Of a stretch of DNA of 64,000 nucleotides, positions 38,040-46,685 are shown in pieces. Origin of the DNA: Gammaproteobacteria bacterium (GTDB taxonomy: Bacteria > Pseudomonadota > Gammaproteobacteria > Eutrophobiales > Eutrophobiaceae); contig OZ241853.1 in NCBI GenBank assembly GCA_965202685.1, forward strand, positions 27,381 to 91,380, written 5' to 3'. The stretch's first letter is position 1. Each line of letters starts with the position of its first letter. Under the pieces are notes generated by a model. It searched no databases, was not told the origin of the DNA, and worked only from the letters and a program-made list of their open reading frames with translations. The position numbers and the translations under genes were made by a program.

Positions 38040-40961
38040 TTACCAGCTCAGGCGATAGCCCAAGCCTGCCTGGGCCCGATGTTGGCCGGGGATGTGGTCG
38101 GCGTTGTGGGCGTAGCTGAGATCAAGGGCCAGTTGGCCCTTGAACAGGGGCCGGTCGTGGCGCAACTGAAACCGAACCTCGCGGGTCTCAGGCCGCAAGG
38201 CGAACCGCAACTGCTCATAGCGCCAGTTCCCCGCCCGGTCGCGCCCCACGGCGTAGCGCAACGTCCCGCGCCCGCTCTCGGCCCGCAAGGGCTGGCCGAT
38301 GGACAGCCGCGTGCGCGTCTCCGACCCGCGATGCTCCAGGGCCAGGGACGCCGCCGAGTACAGCGAGCCGGTGGCGTTGAACATGGCGCCGCGAGCGTAA
38401 TCCGGCTGCCCCGCCGCCAACAAATAATCCAACCGCAACGCCACCCCGCCCGCGGGCAACAGCGGCCAAGCGTGTTCCCGCGCCAACCACGCCAGCTTGG
38501 AATTCGCCGCCGCGCCAAAGGCCCCGGCCGGGCGGGCGCCCTGGTTGGTCTGCGTCTCCACGATGACCCCCAGGCGCAACCGCTCCATCACCTCCCCGGA
38601 GAAACCGAAGGCGTGATAATCCGTCTCGGCGGCAAAGCCGCGCCCGGAGAAATCAGCGCGGAAACCGGCGGCATGAACACCATCGCCCCACAGGGTCATG
38701 CGCAGACCCTGACCCTCTTCCCGCCCCTCCCCGCCCGCGCCGAACCAGCGCAGGTGGGACAGCAAGGCGCGTTGCTCAAATCCCTCGTCCCAACCCGGCA
38801 TGGGCAAGATCGCCTGAGGCGCGGGGGCGGTCGCGAACAAGCTTGCGGCCGGTTGCCAGAAGGGCGCGTTCCACGAGTCAAAACCGGCGATCTCGAGGCC
38901 TTGCAAGCGTGGTCCCAGGTCGCCCCATGCTGGCGGCGTTTGCAGGCGCGTGGCGGCGATGGCGGCCCGCAACGAGGCGGTGCCGGTGCTGACCTCGCCC
39001 ACCGGCGCCGTGGCGGCGTCCAGGTCCAACAAGCCGGCCCCATAGATGCGGGAATCGCTGTAGCGACCCCTGTTGTTGGCGGTGTTGACCACCCGCAAAG
39101 CGACTTCCCGGTTGCTCAGCTGGCCGCGAAACCGCTCCATCACCAGGGCGATGCCGCCAGCCACTATGGGCGCGGACAAGGAAGTGCCTTGGCGCACTTG
39201 ATGAGCGTTGGCATCCGCGTCTGTTGCCGGGTCGAAGTTTGGCTCCGCCACCCTGAGCCGTCCCGGCGCGGTCAGGCAATAGTGCCGGCCATGGGCCTGC
39301 GGGTTCCAGTCGTCGGGCAGGGTGCCGCAACGGTTGGAGTAGGTGGCAATTTGGCCCTGCCCAGTGGCCGCCACCGCCAGGTAGTGGCCGCGGACGGCAG
39401 GCTCGCGCGCGGGCAGGGAGGCCAGAGGGCTGGGGCGGTATGAGGAGTTGTTTCCGGCGGACCAGACCTCAATGGTCTTTTCCTGCGCGTCCCGCTGGGT
39501 GAAGGCGGCCCAGTATGTCGGGAACTCTCTCTTGAGCCAGGCCTCGTAGCCGACATGACCGTCGTAATTATCGGGGTGGCTGCCTATGGAGCGGTTGATG
39601 ATGTCGAAGTGGGACAGGAAGTCCCGGTACGCCCTGGCCTTGCTGGCGTCGCTTACATTGTAGAATGGGTGAATATAGCGGTCGTCTTGCAACGGAGCGA
39701 TGGTCGCGCCGGGGGCGATTCCGTAGCGCCAGCCGGCGGCCACGGAGGCCACAAAGGTGCCGTGGTGGAGGTTATCATTCGAGTAAGAGGTATCCTCATG
39801 TGCGTATAGCCCGGGGATATCATACCAGCTGGCAGCGTCGTCGCGGCTGAGGTCCCGGATGAACCAGGCATGGTATTCGTCCGGGAAGCGTCGCTCTGAT
39901 TCGATGATGCGATGGGCGTAGTGTTCAATCAGGGCCCGGTCGCCATCGGCATCGATCTCGAAGACGCGACAATTAGCGCCTCCCTCCCGGCAACCTGAGA
40001 AGACCTCCGGCAGATCCACAGAAGCGCCAACGCCGGCATCTACGTCGTTGTAGGGGACTTTTCTAACTATGAAGGTTCCGCGGCGTTGCACGCGCCCGGC
40101 GAACTCCGGGTGCAGGATGTCAACGCCACCGTCATTTATGCCGATTCTGACCCCCCGGCCGCTGAGGCCGCGGGCGTAGGCGTGTTCGGCATTGATGCCA
40201 TCCCAGTAGTCTCCCACCTGCTGAAATTTGAAGTCGTCAAGGATTTGTTCCGGCCGGTTTCCCCCGAAGGAGGGCAGGTAGCGGCTCAGTTGCGCACGGA
40301 AGGCCGCGTCGCTCAAGCGCTCATCCGGCAGAATCAGATCGATCGGCGCAGGGTGGTAGGTCGCGTTTCGAGGCAACAGCGTGTTCCCCGGCGTTGGGCC
40401 AGGGGCGGTTGTCAGGGGCGAGGGGACGGATCCGGCGGGCACCTCCCGGTAGAGCGAATAGATGGGAGGGCTTGGGTCAGGCGTCGGCTCAGGCGCGGGG
40501 GCCGGCTCTGGCTCCGGCTCCGGTTGCGCGGTCGGCGGCGTCCATCCTGGTGGACGGCCCTCATCCGTGTAGAAAAACTCCTCAAGCCAATGTTCGTGTG
40601 TGTAATCCTCAAGCTCCGGCTCCGGTTGCGGCTCAGGCGCAGGGGCCGGCTCCGGTTGCGGCTCAGGCGCAGGGGCCGGCTCCGGCTCAGGCGCGGGGGC
40701 CGGCTCTGGCTCCGGCGCGGGGGCCGGCTCCGGTTCCGCGGTCGGCGGCGTCCATCCTGGTGGACGGCCCTCATCCGTATAGAAAAACTCCTCAAGCCAA
40801 TGTTCGTGTGTGTGATCCCGCAGTTCAAATTCAAACCGGGCGTCTCTCCGCTGAGGACCTTGCTCCCCCGCCGCCCCCGCGGCCGGGAGCAGGAAAAGCG
40901 CCAAGGTCAGAACAGCGCGACAGGCGCGATTTTTCGCGTCAATATCCATAAATTCGTTCAT
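38040..40961 (-). CDS. S8 subtilisin-family serine protease autotransporter, copy 2 (with N-terminal Pro/Glu-rich repeat insertion)
   Basis: [23 protein letters not shown] and [12 protein letters not shown]. The C-terminal ~330 aa are nearly identical to copy 1 and also end in GLGYRLSW. Signal peptide is M(NEFM)[24 protein letters not shown]. Confidence 0.85.
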   Translation of the reverse strand: MNEFMDIDAKNRACRAVLTLALFLLPAAGAAGEQGPQRRDARFEFELRDHTHEHWLEEFFYTDEGRPPGWTPPTAEPEPAPAPEPEPAPAPEPEPAPAPEPQPEPAPAPEPQPEPELEDYTHEHWLEEFFYTDEGRPPGWTPPTAQPEPEPEPAPAPEPTPDPSPPIYSLYREVPAGSVPSPLTTAPGPTPGNTLLPRNATYHPAPIDLILPDERLSDAAFRAQLSRYLPSFGGNRPEQILDDFKFQQVGDYWDGINAEHAYARGLSGRGVRIGINDGGVDILHPEFAGRVQRRGTFIVRKVPYNDVDAGVGASVDLPEVFSGCREGGANCRVFEIDADGDRALIEHYAHRIIESERRFPDEYHAWFIRDLSRDDAASWYDIPGLYAHEDTSYSNDNLHHGTFVASVAAGWRYGIAPGATIAPLQDDRYIHPFYNVSDASKARAYRDFLSHFDIINRSIGSHPDNYDGHVGYEAWLKREFPTYWAAFTQRDAQEKTIEVWSAGNNSSYRPSPLASLPAREPAVRGHYLAVAATGQGQIATYSNRCGTLPDDWNPQAHGRHYCLTAPGRLRVAEPNFDPATDADANAHQVRQGTSLSAPIVAGGIALVMERFRGQLSNREVALRVVNTANNRGRYSDSRIYGAGLLDLDAATAPVGEVSTGTASLRAAIAATRLQTPPAWGDLGPRLQGLEIAGFDSWNAPFWQPAASLFATAPAPQAILPMPGWDEGFEQRALLSHLRWFGAGGEGREEGQGLRMTLWGDGVHAAGFRADFSGRGFAAETDYHAFGFSGEVMERLRLGVIVETQTNQGARPAGAFGAAANSKLAWLAREHAWPLLPAGGVALRLDYLLAAGQPDYARGAMFNATGSLYSAASLALEHRGSETRTRLSIGQPLRAESGRGTLRYAVGRDRAGNWRYEQLRFALRPETREVRFQLRHDRPLFKGQLALDLSYAHNADHIPGQHRAQAGLGYRLSW
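40440..40830. repeat. intragenic 210-bp tandem duplication plus (EP/AP)n microrepeats in S8 copy 2
   Basis: gtcggcggcgtccatcctggtggacggccctcatccgt.tagaaaaactcctcaagccaatgttcgtgtgtgt occurs at 40531 and 40741. It encodes (D/H)(Y/H)[25 protein letters not shown] twice, separated by [10 protein letters not shown]... runs. Confidence 0.9.
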
Positions 40962-41028
40962 AAATACGCCATAATCGTTAAATAGTCAATAGCGGACAAG
41001 TTGCATTCCCCCCTGGGCCGACCTTGCG

Positions 41029-41078
41029 TAGAGTCTTGCGAATCTTTTTTGCGATTCATGCGAAAGATTCATGTACAT
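41029..41078 (+). repeat. left terminal inverted repeat with TGCGA(A/T) transposase-site-like iterons
   Basis: tagagtcttgcgaatcttttttgcgattcatgcgaaagattcatgtacat. It contains tGCGAATC, tGCGATTC and tGCGAAAGATTC. Confidence 0.85.
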
Positions 41079-41252
41079 GCCACTTGACATGGTGCAATTA
41101 TCTTTGATTTTTGCGGGGGGAACTGAGGGGGCAGGACCGCCAGCAGAGTTGCTGGCGGGGTCAGTCGCCGGGGGCGGCAGGGCCGCCGGCAGAGTCGCTG
41201 GCAGTGGTGCCGGGGGATGGCGAACTGACAATTAGTCGGCGGGGGAGGTGGG

Positions 41253-41780
41253 TCAGTCGCTGGGGGGCGCCCAGAAGGAATCGGCAAGGGTAGCGGTCAG
41301 CAATCTTTTCACGGCCGCGGTGGTCGTGGCGGCGTTGATGGCGGTTTTTTGAGTTTGATACAACCCCCGCAACCGGTCGCGCTCGTTGTTCTGAGCCGCT
41401 GTCTCGCCATCGCGCAAGCGCAGTAAAATTTCGGCATCCAAACCACTCACGCCGTAGTTCGCCGTGATTTTGTTTTGACAAAAAGCATGGATCTGGGCGA
41501 TAGCCAGGTTCTTGGCCTCCGCAAGTTGCGCAAGGGGCAGGGCCGCTTGAAGCTCGGCCCAGGTGGGCTTGGCGCTGGCGGCGGGGTCAACAGCTTGCCC
41601 ATCGTAGTTTGGCACGCCCGGCGGGTTCCAACGATAAGCGTTCCAGGTGTCGGCTGTGAAATTTGGAACACCGCCGCCCGCCACCTCACCTGGCGTCAAC
41701 CCGTACGGCAAGACAAGTGGCGGGGTTTGAGATAGCAAGTATTGCAAAGCTAAATTGAATTCTATTTTTGTCATGTCCAA
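41253..41780 (-). CDS. phage protein distal to the host-specificity protein (tail-fibre accessory position)
   Basis: 175 aa. Its start abuts the stop of the J-like gene. No family was recognised. Confidence 0.5.
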   Translation of the reverse strand: MDMTKIEFNLALQYLLSQTPPLVLPYGLTPGEVAGGGVPNFTADTWNAYRWNPPGVPNYDGQAVDPAASAKPTWAELQAALPLAQLAEAKNLAIAQIHAFCQNKITANYGVSGLDAEILLRLRDGETAAQNNERDRLRGLYQTQKTAINAATTTAAVKRLLTATLADSFWAPPSD

Positions 41781-44700
41781 TCAACTCGGCCCTTTTATGC
41801 CATAAACTCTGTAGATAGAGCCAGTCTCGTCGCGGTTCTCGCCACGAATGTAGATCGTTCTCGAGTTGGAAGCTCTCCAAACATGAAAAGTAAGAGTGGT
41901 GCTGTCATTTCGCCCGGTTCCAATATGGCTTTTGTTCGGATTTCCGGTCGGCCCGGCTGAGGTGCCAACCGCCATTCTCGCGCCAGGCGCCAACCCGATT
42001 GAATACCAGGTGGCAGACTGTCCGAAAAACAACACCCACGGCCAGTCGGCCAGTGATTTTGTCCTTGCAATGCTTAAGGCCTGGATCCGTGTGCCGTTCG
42101 GGTCGGCCCACTCCGCGCTTCCCGCCCAAAGCTCTGTCACATTGAAAAGATCAGCCGAGATATGATTAGCCTGAATCGTTCCTTCGATGTCAGCGTCTCG
42201 AACTCGCAAATTCAATGCGGAGAGGCTTTGGACAAAGATTTGCCGCGCCGTGACTGAATTCGGAAACAGGACGCTGCCGGGAATCACCAGGTCAATCTTT
42301 ATCCAGCGCGTTCCGTTCCAGGTTCGCATCTCCCAAAATTTAGGATTCGATTTCGAGTTTGCGAGAGTCACGACGTCCGTCAGCACATTGTCGCCCGTCG
42401 TCAGCCGGTTCGCTTCCGCGTCCGACCAGGCGGTGCCGGTCCAGTTCAAATTGTAGTAAGTCGCCGCGCCGCGCCGCACATCCGCGTGCTGGTTGTACAA
42501 CACGGGCGCGCTCCAGGCGGTCCACGAACCCGTCTTGCCACTCCGGTTCGACACCCATTCGTATTTCAGCGCAGAGGTCACCCCCGCCGGCCGGCTCGTC
42601 CAGCCCGTCGGATTATTGCCCACCGGCAAGGTGGGCGAGACGGCGGATGCCGTGCGCCGGTAGATGAATTGCACGCCGGGGCCGGGCACCGGGGCCGGGA
42701 TCTCCGGGGGGTCCGGGATGGGCTGGTCTCGGGGCAAAGTAGTCACGGTCGCCGACGCCCAGCTGCTGGCGTTGCCGCTGGCGTCCAGGTGGCGCGCAAA
42801 CACTTTCAGGTTTTCTGCCGCCGCCAAGTCCAGGCGCGAAAATACGGTGCCTTTCACCGTCCCTCGCAAAATCGCCTGGGCACCATCTTCGTCTCCTAGT
42901 GTTTGGGCGCCGTCGCGCAGTTCGGTTATGGAGTAGTCTGGCTCTTCGGGTTTGTCCCAAAGCGCCGTCCAGCCGCCGCGCACTGGCAACACCCTCAAAC
43001 CCGCCGGCGCGTCCGGCGCGATTTTGTCTCCAGCCAGGGTGTATCCGCAGGTGTGTTCCGGCCCTGCCGGCGCCACCAGCGAGCCCGGCACTACCACGAT
43101 CTCCAGGCTCCCGTAGGGTTGATCAATCCAACTCGCGCTGGTTTGCGATTCATCCAGCACCGCCACCACCCGCCAGCGCTCCGCCACCGGCGCCGGCTCC
43201 CCCGCCTTGCGCTTCGGCGTCCGCCGGGCGCGGATCACCCCGCCGCGCCAGTCCCCCGCCACGGTCAAGGTGGCGGTGATCTCATTTGCGAAGCCATCCG
43301 CCACCTTGATCTGCTTTTCAGACAAGACGCACGCGACCACCCGCGGCCCCCGATACTTCAAATCTGGCAGGGGGTCTGTCAGGTCCAGGTCCGCGGCCTC
43401 GTAGTATTCCGCCACCTCGTCAATCGCCGTGAAGCGATAGCGGTCCATGGACCGAGGCTCAATCTCGATAATCTTCAGTTTGCGCGGCGGGTTCTCCGCG
43501 CCGTAGTGCCGCCACAGCACATCGCCCGCCACCACGCCCTTCTCCACCGGCGCCGCGGCCAAGCCGCCGTTGTCTGGCACGCCCGGCAACGGGGTCTGCA
43601 ACACCGGCCGGCTGGTTGCGCCAGCGCCGCCGTCCGGGTGCGTAACCACGCTGGTGTGCAAAGTTCCATCCAGCAGGCGGAAGGTCATGTAGTTGACCTC
43701 CGCGTCAATGTTGACATCCTGGTTCAGCGCCGGCGACGCCGCCGTCCCGCCCGGTCGCAGGCGTCCCGTCGTGCCGCCGCTCAGCAAATCCGAGGTCACT
43801 TGCACCACATCGCCGCGCCCTATGGTCAGCCCCTCAGGCCCCATCTCCCAGGTGATCCGCCGGCGGTGATACTTCTGCCGCGCCGCGATTAAATTCGTCT
43901 CCTCCTTCGCCTGCGCCCGGCTCACAATGCCTTGCAGCGTCACCGTCGCCGTCCGCGACGGCGCGGTCACGCCCGCCTTCAGCCGCCGCAACTCCGCCGG
44001 TTGCCAGTCAAAATCCGGGTCTATGTATCGAACGACAATCTCATCCGCCAACCTGCCGTCCGCGTAATTCACTTCCATTGTCCCGGCGATGATGTTTCCT
44101 GGCGTGATCATCGCGGTCGGCGCCAAGCCCGCCTGGTCAAACACCACGCCGAGTTTGCCGCTGGCCCAGCTCGCCGACGCCCGCCCGCACCGGCAAATCA
44201 TGTTCAACACATCGGCGATGCTTTGCGACCCGGTCAACACTGTGTCGCACTTCAAGCCCTCCGCCGCGCACCACACGCGCCAGGCGCGGATGGAGGTTTC
44301 ATCAATCCGAGTGTCCGGCAACCCCAGGCCCGCCACCAGTCGCCCGTCGGCCCGCACGCCCTTCACAAACCACCGGAAGATGTCCGCCGGGTTGCTGGTA
44401 ATTTGATTGGCGGACGACCACGCCGAACCGCTCCAGGTTGGAACCTTTTGCTTCACCAACGCGGACAGCCGCTCAATGCGCCCCTGCAATTGCCCGCTGG
44501 CTTTGATCTTCAATTCCAGCCGCGTCCGCCCCGTCGCGTCCGCCGTGTTCGCCTGGAAAGTTCGCAACGCGGTCCAGGTCACGCCCTGGTCCGTAGTGCG
44601 ATCCGCCTTGCTCTCCCGGCTGTTTAGCGCCGCCTTGCGCTTCATGCGCACGTCCCACTTCTTCGTGTGGTCGGTCAAATCCACACCCACCGTCTTGCGC

Positions 44701-45752
44701 ACCGCATCCGTCGCGCTGTTGCTCAGTGTCTCGGTGGTTCGCGTCGGCGTTAGCCAGTTCGGATCAGTGCCATGTTCCTTCCACTCAATTTGGATCGCAA
44801 CTCGCCGCTCTTCCCCCTCCCCGTTTTTCTTCCTGCCGAAAAAAACGCCGACAAAATCCAACTCCAGCCGTTTCGCCTTCTCCTCGCTAGTCCGCGAGAC
44901 CCAATCCCCATAGGCGTTTGTCGCGGCGGTCGCGCCCGGGTGCGGCAACAGCCCCCCGGCGCTCGTTTGCACATCCCCCGCCAGCAGCGTCACCGCCTGG
45001 CCTGGCCGCCGAATCTCATCATCCACATCAGCGTAGGCGCTTAACAAGGTGTCGCCGATCTTAATCTCGCTGATGTCTAAATCGCCGACCCCAAAATCAA
45101 ACAGCTGAAAGAGGTACTGATCGTCGCCGATGAACTGGGTGTATTCTTGCGCCGTCAGATCCGGGAACACCCGGTGCGTCCCCAGCGCCAACATCGCCGG
45201 CTCGTAAGGCCGCGCCTGGTTGGAGCCGCCATGCAAGGAAAACACCGACCGCCCCGGCTCCCCGGCGTCCGGCAACTCCACGGGAAACAGCGCGTTAACG
45301 ACAAGCCCGCCGATGACTTTGGCCCCCGCCACCAGCGCCGCCTTGCCCAGGCTCAACCCCACCGGCCCCAGGTGCAAAGACAATGTAAGCACAGTGATGG
45401 CGGTGATGATCTCAAACGGATCGCTGTCCCCGCCGCCCTGGACCACCGCCCGCGCCTCCACGATCTGTCCCGGCAACACCAGCCGCCGGGCCCATTCGTC
45501 CCGCGCCACTCTTTCGCCATCCACCCGCGCCGCCACCGGCCCGCCGCTTAACGCCATCCCGCCCTGGCGCAACACCTCCGCCAGGCTCGCGCCTTCGTCC
45601 GGCACCACCGCCACTGACTGCCGCCGCCCATCGGAAGTGATCGGGTGCGGCCAAAAGTCAACCAGGGCTCCCGTCTCAGGGGCCGTCGCAACCAACGCCT
45701 TGTCCTCAGGCTTAGGCGCCGCCGCGCCCACCGCCTTGTCTTTCTTCTTCAC
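41781..45752 (-). CDS. phage host-specificity / central tail fibre protein (lambda J / GTA g15-like), with a gpI-like N-terminal module
   Basis: About 1323 aa from GTG 45752 (GTGA overlap with the upstream stop). SVFSLHGGSNQARPYEPAMLALGTHRVFPDL resembles a J N-terminal block. The size and position after the NlpC/P60 gene fit. A hydrophobic DPFEIITAITVLTLSLHLG segment precedes it. Confidence 0.8.
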   Translation of the reverse strand: MKKKDKAVGAAAPKPEDKALVATAPETGALVDFWPHPITSDGRRQSVAVVPDEGASLAEVLRQGGMALSGGPVAARVDGERVARDEWARRLVLPGQIVEARAVVQGGGDSDPFEIITAITVLTLSLHLGPVGLSLGKAALVAGAKVIGGLVVNALFPVELPDAGEPGRSVFSLHGGSNQARPYEPAMLALGTHRVFPDLTAQEYTQFIGDDQYLFQLFDFGVGDLDISEIKIGDTLLSAYADVDDEIRRPGQAVTLLAGDVQTSAGGLLPHPGATAATNAYGDWVSRTSEEKAKRLELDFVGVFFGRKKNGEGEERRVAIQIEWKEHGTDPNWLTPTRTTETLSNSATDAVRKTVGVDLTDHTKKWDVRMKRKAALNSRESKADRTTDQGVTWTALRTFQANTADATGRTRLELKIKASGQLQGRIERLSALVKQKVPTWSGSAWSSANQITSNPADIFRWFVKGVRADGRLVAGLGLPDTRIDETSIRAWRVWCAAEGLKCDTVLTGSQSIADVLNMICRCGRASASWASGKLGVVFDQAGLAPTAMITPGNIIAGTMEVNYADGRLADEIVVRYIDPDFDWQPAELRRLKAGVTAPSRTATVTLQGIVSRAQAKEETNLIAARQKYHRRRITWEMGPEGLTIGRGDVVQVTSDLLSGGTTGRLRPGGTAASPALNQDVNIDAEVNYMTFRLLDGTLHTSVVTHPDGGAGATSRPVLQTPLPGVPDNGGLAAAPVEKGVVAGDVLWRHYGAENPPRKLKIIEIEPRSMDRYRFTAIDEVAEYYEAADLDLTDPLPDLKYRGPRVVACVLSEKQIKVADGFANEITATLTVAGDWRGGVIRARRTPKRKAGEPAPVAERWRVVAVLDESQTSASWIDQPYGSLEIVVVPGSLVAPAGPEHTCGYTLAGDKIAPDAPAGLRVLPVRGGWTALWDKPEEPDYSITELRDGAQTLGDEDGAQAILRGTVKGTVFSRLDLAAAENLKVFARHLDASGNASSWASATVTTLPRDQPIPDPPEIPAPVPGPGVQFIYRRTASAVSPTLPVGNNPTGWTSRPAGVTSALKYEWVSNRSGKTGSWTAWSAPVLYNQHADVRRGAATYYNLNWTGTAWSDAEANRLTTGDNVLTDVVTLANSKSNPKFWEMRTWNGTRWIKIDLVIPGSVLFPNSVTARQIFVQSLSALNLRVRDADIEGTIQANHISADLFNVTELWAGSAEWADPNGTRIQALSIARTKSLADWPWVLFFGQSATWYSIGLAPGARMAVGTSAGPTGNPNKSHIGTGRNDSTTLTFHVWRASNSRTIYIRGENRDETGSIYRVYGIKGPS

Positions 45753-46207
45753 AGCCACCGGTAAAACCCCGTCAAAGTCAACTGCCGCTCCGCCAAACAA
45801 TCTATCGGATGCCGCGCGACGCCCATCCCCGCCAGGCAATGCAACACGCAAGTCGCCAACGGCAACACCGCCACCACGCCAATGTGATGACCCAAGGACA
45901 GCCGCCGTCCCGCCGCCTTCATCAGCGCGATGTCGCCATCCCGAGGGGCCTCCCCCGTTGCGTTGGATAGCCGGCGACCCAGTTCGCCCGTCAACTGTTC
46001 AATTTGCCGGTCCCGCGCCCGCACGCCTTCCTCATGGCTCGGCAACGCCACCGCTCGCCCAAACTCCGCCTGCGCCACTTCCACCACCAGATCGGCGCAA
46101 TCAAACTCCCCCCGCAAGTAGGGCCGCCCTAAATACTTGTCCGACCAGTGCGCCCCTGCGCCATCCCCCGGCTTGACCGCCTGCGCCGCCACCCAACCGC
46201 CGGCCAT
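45749..46207 (-). CDS. NlpC/P60-family tail peptidase (lambda K / GTA g14-like)
   Basis: 152 aa. GEFDCADLVVEV is the candidate catalytic Cys and GHHIGVVA the candidate His. It overlaps the upstream stop by 1 nt. Confidence 0.7.
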   Translation of the reverse strand: MAGGWVAAQAVKPGDGAGAHWSDKYLGRPYLRGEFDCADLVVEVAQAEFGRAVALPSHEEGVRARDRQIEQLTGELGRRLSNATGEAPRDGDIALMKAAGRRLSLGHHIGVVAVLPLATCVLHCLAGMGVARHPIDCLAERQLTLTGFYRWL

Positions 46208-46680
46208 CAGAACAACCCCGGCGAATGATCCGGATCGTGCCGGATCTGCACCGCCGGACGGTGCAACATCGGGTCAAATCCCAGCCGCGCCGACACGCTC
46301 TGCGTCGACACCTGCATGCCGACCACATCGAGTTCCACGGACCACTCAATCACATCGTCCACCACCTGCATCAACTTCATCACCGCGCCGTTGCCGCCAT
46401 CGCTTAATTCAACCCACTGCGTCAGCACATTGCCCACATTGTCAATCACCAACTCAGCCCGCGGGACCTGGCCGTCGGCATCGTCCGCCAGTCGCGCCCT
46501 GAACCGGGCCGCGACAAAATTGTTGCCATCAATAGTGTGATTTTTCGTGTCGTTGACCGCCCGCGCCGGCGCAGTCACATCCGGGTGCGTGATCTCCAGC
46601 GCCGTCAACACAGGCGCCTCCGGCGTCCCGGCGCGGCTCGCCTGGTCAAACCGATCAGATGTCGAAGACAGGTCCGGCAT
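46207..46680 (-). CDS. minor tail protein (lambda L-like position)
   Basis: 157 aa: LTALEITHPDV...FVAARFRARLADDADGQVPRAELVIDNVG resembles the DUF1833/minor tail family as I remember it. The assignment rests on position. Confidence 0.55.
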   Translation of the reverse strand: MPDLSSTSDRFDQASRAGTPEAPVLTALEITHPDVTAPARAVNDTKNHTIDGNNFVAARFRARLADDADGQVPRAELVIDNVGNVLTQWVELSDGGNGAVMKLMQVVDDVIEWSVELDVVGMQVSTQSVSARLGFDPMLHRPAVQIRHDPDHSPGLF

Positions 46681-46685
46681 GGCTC

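Noticed and set aside
35360-39443. Plus-strand ORFs of 362 and 495 aa (35360..36448 and 37956..39443), duplicated like the S8 genes
   Set aside because: They are mirror images of the duplicated S8 autotransporter genes on the other strand. They look conserved only because the underlying DNA is duplicated, and the composition is Gly/Arg/Pro/Gln-rich.
41024-41038. Search for a 5-bp target-site duplication and canonical 5'-TG...CA-3' termini of the Mu-like element
   Set aside because: No direct repeat flanks either candidate terminus (41029/60818 or 41037/60810). The inverted-repeat similarity extends 8 nt outside the only shared TG/CA pair, so the exact cleavage positions cannot be assigned from the sequence alone.
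40986-41231. 81-aa ORF whose sequence MYMNLSHESQKRFA mirrors the N-terminus MYMNISRESQKRFA of ORF 60769..61884, suggesting a conserved peptide
   Set aside because: The shared peptide is simply both strands of the 50-bp terminal inverted repeats being translated. The rest of the 81-aa ORF is Pro/Ala-rich.
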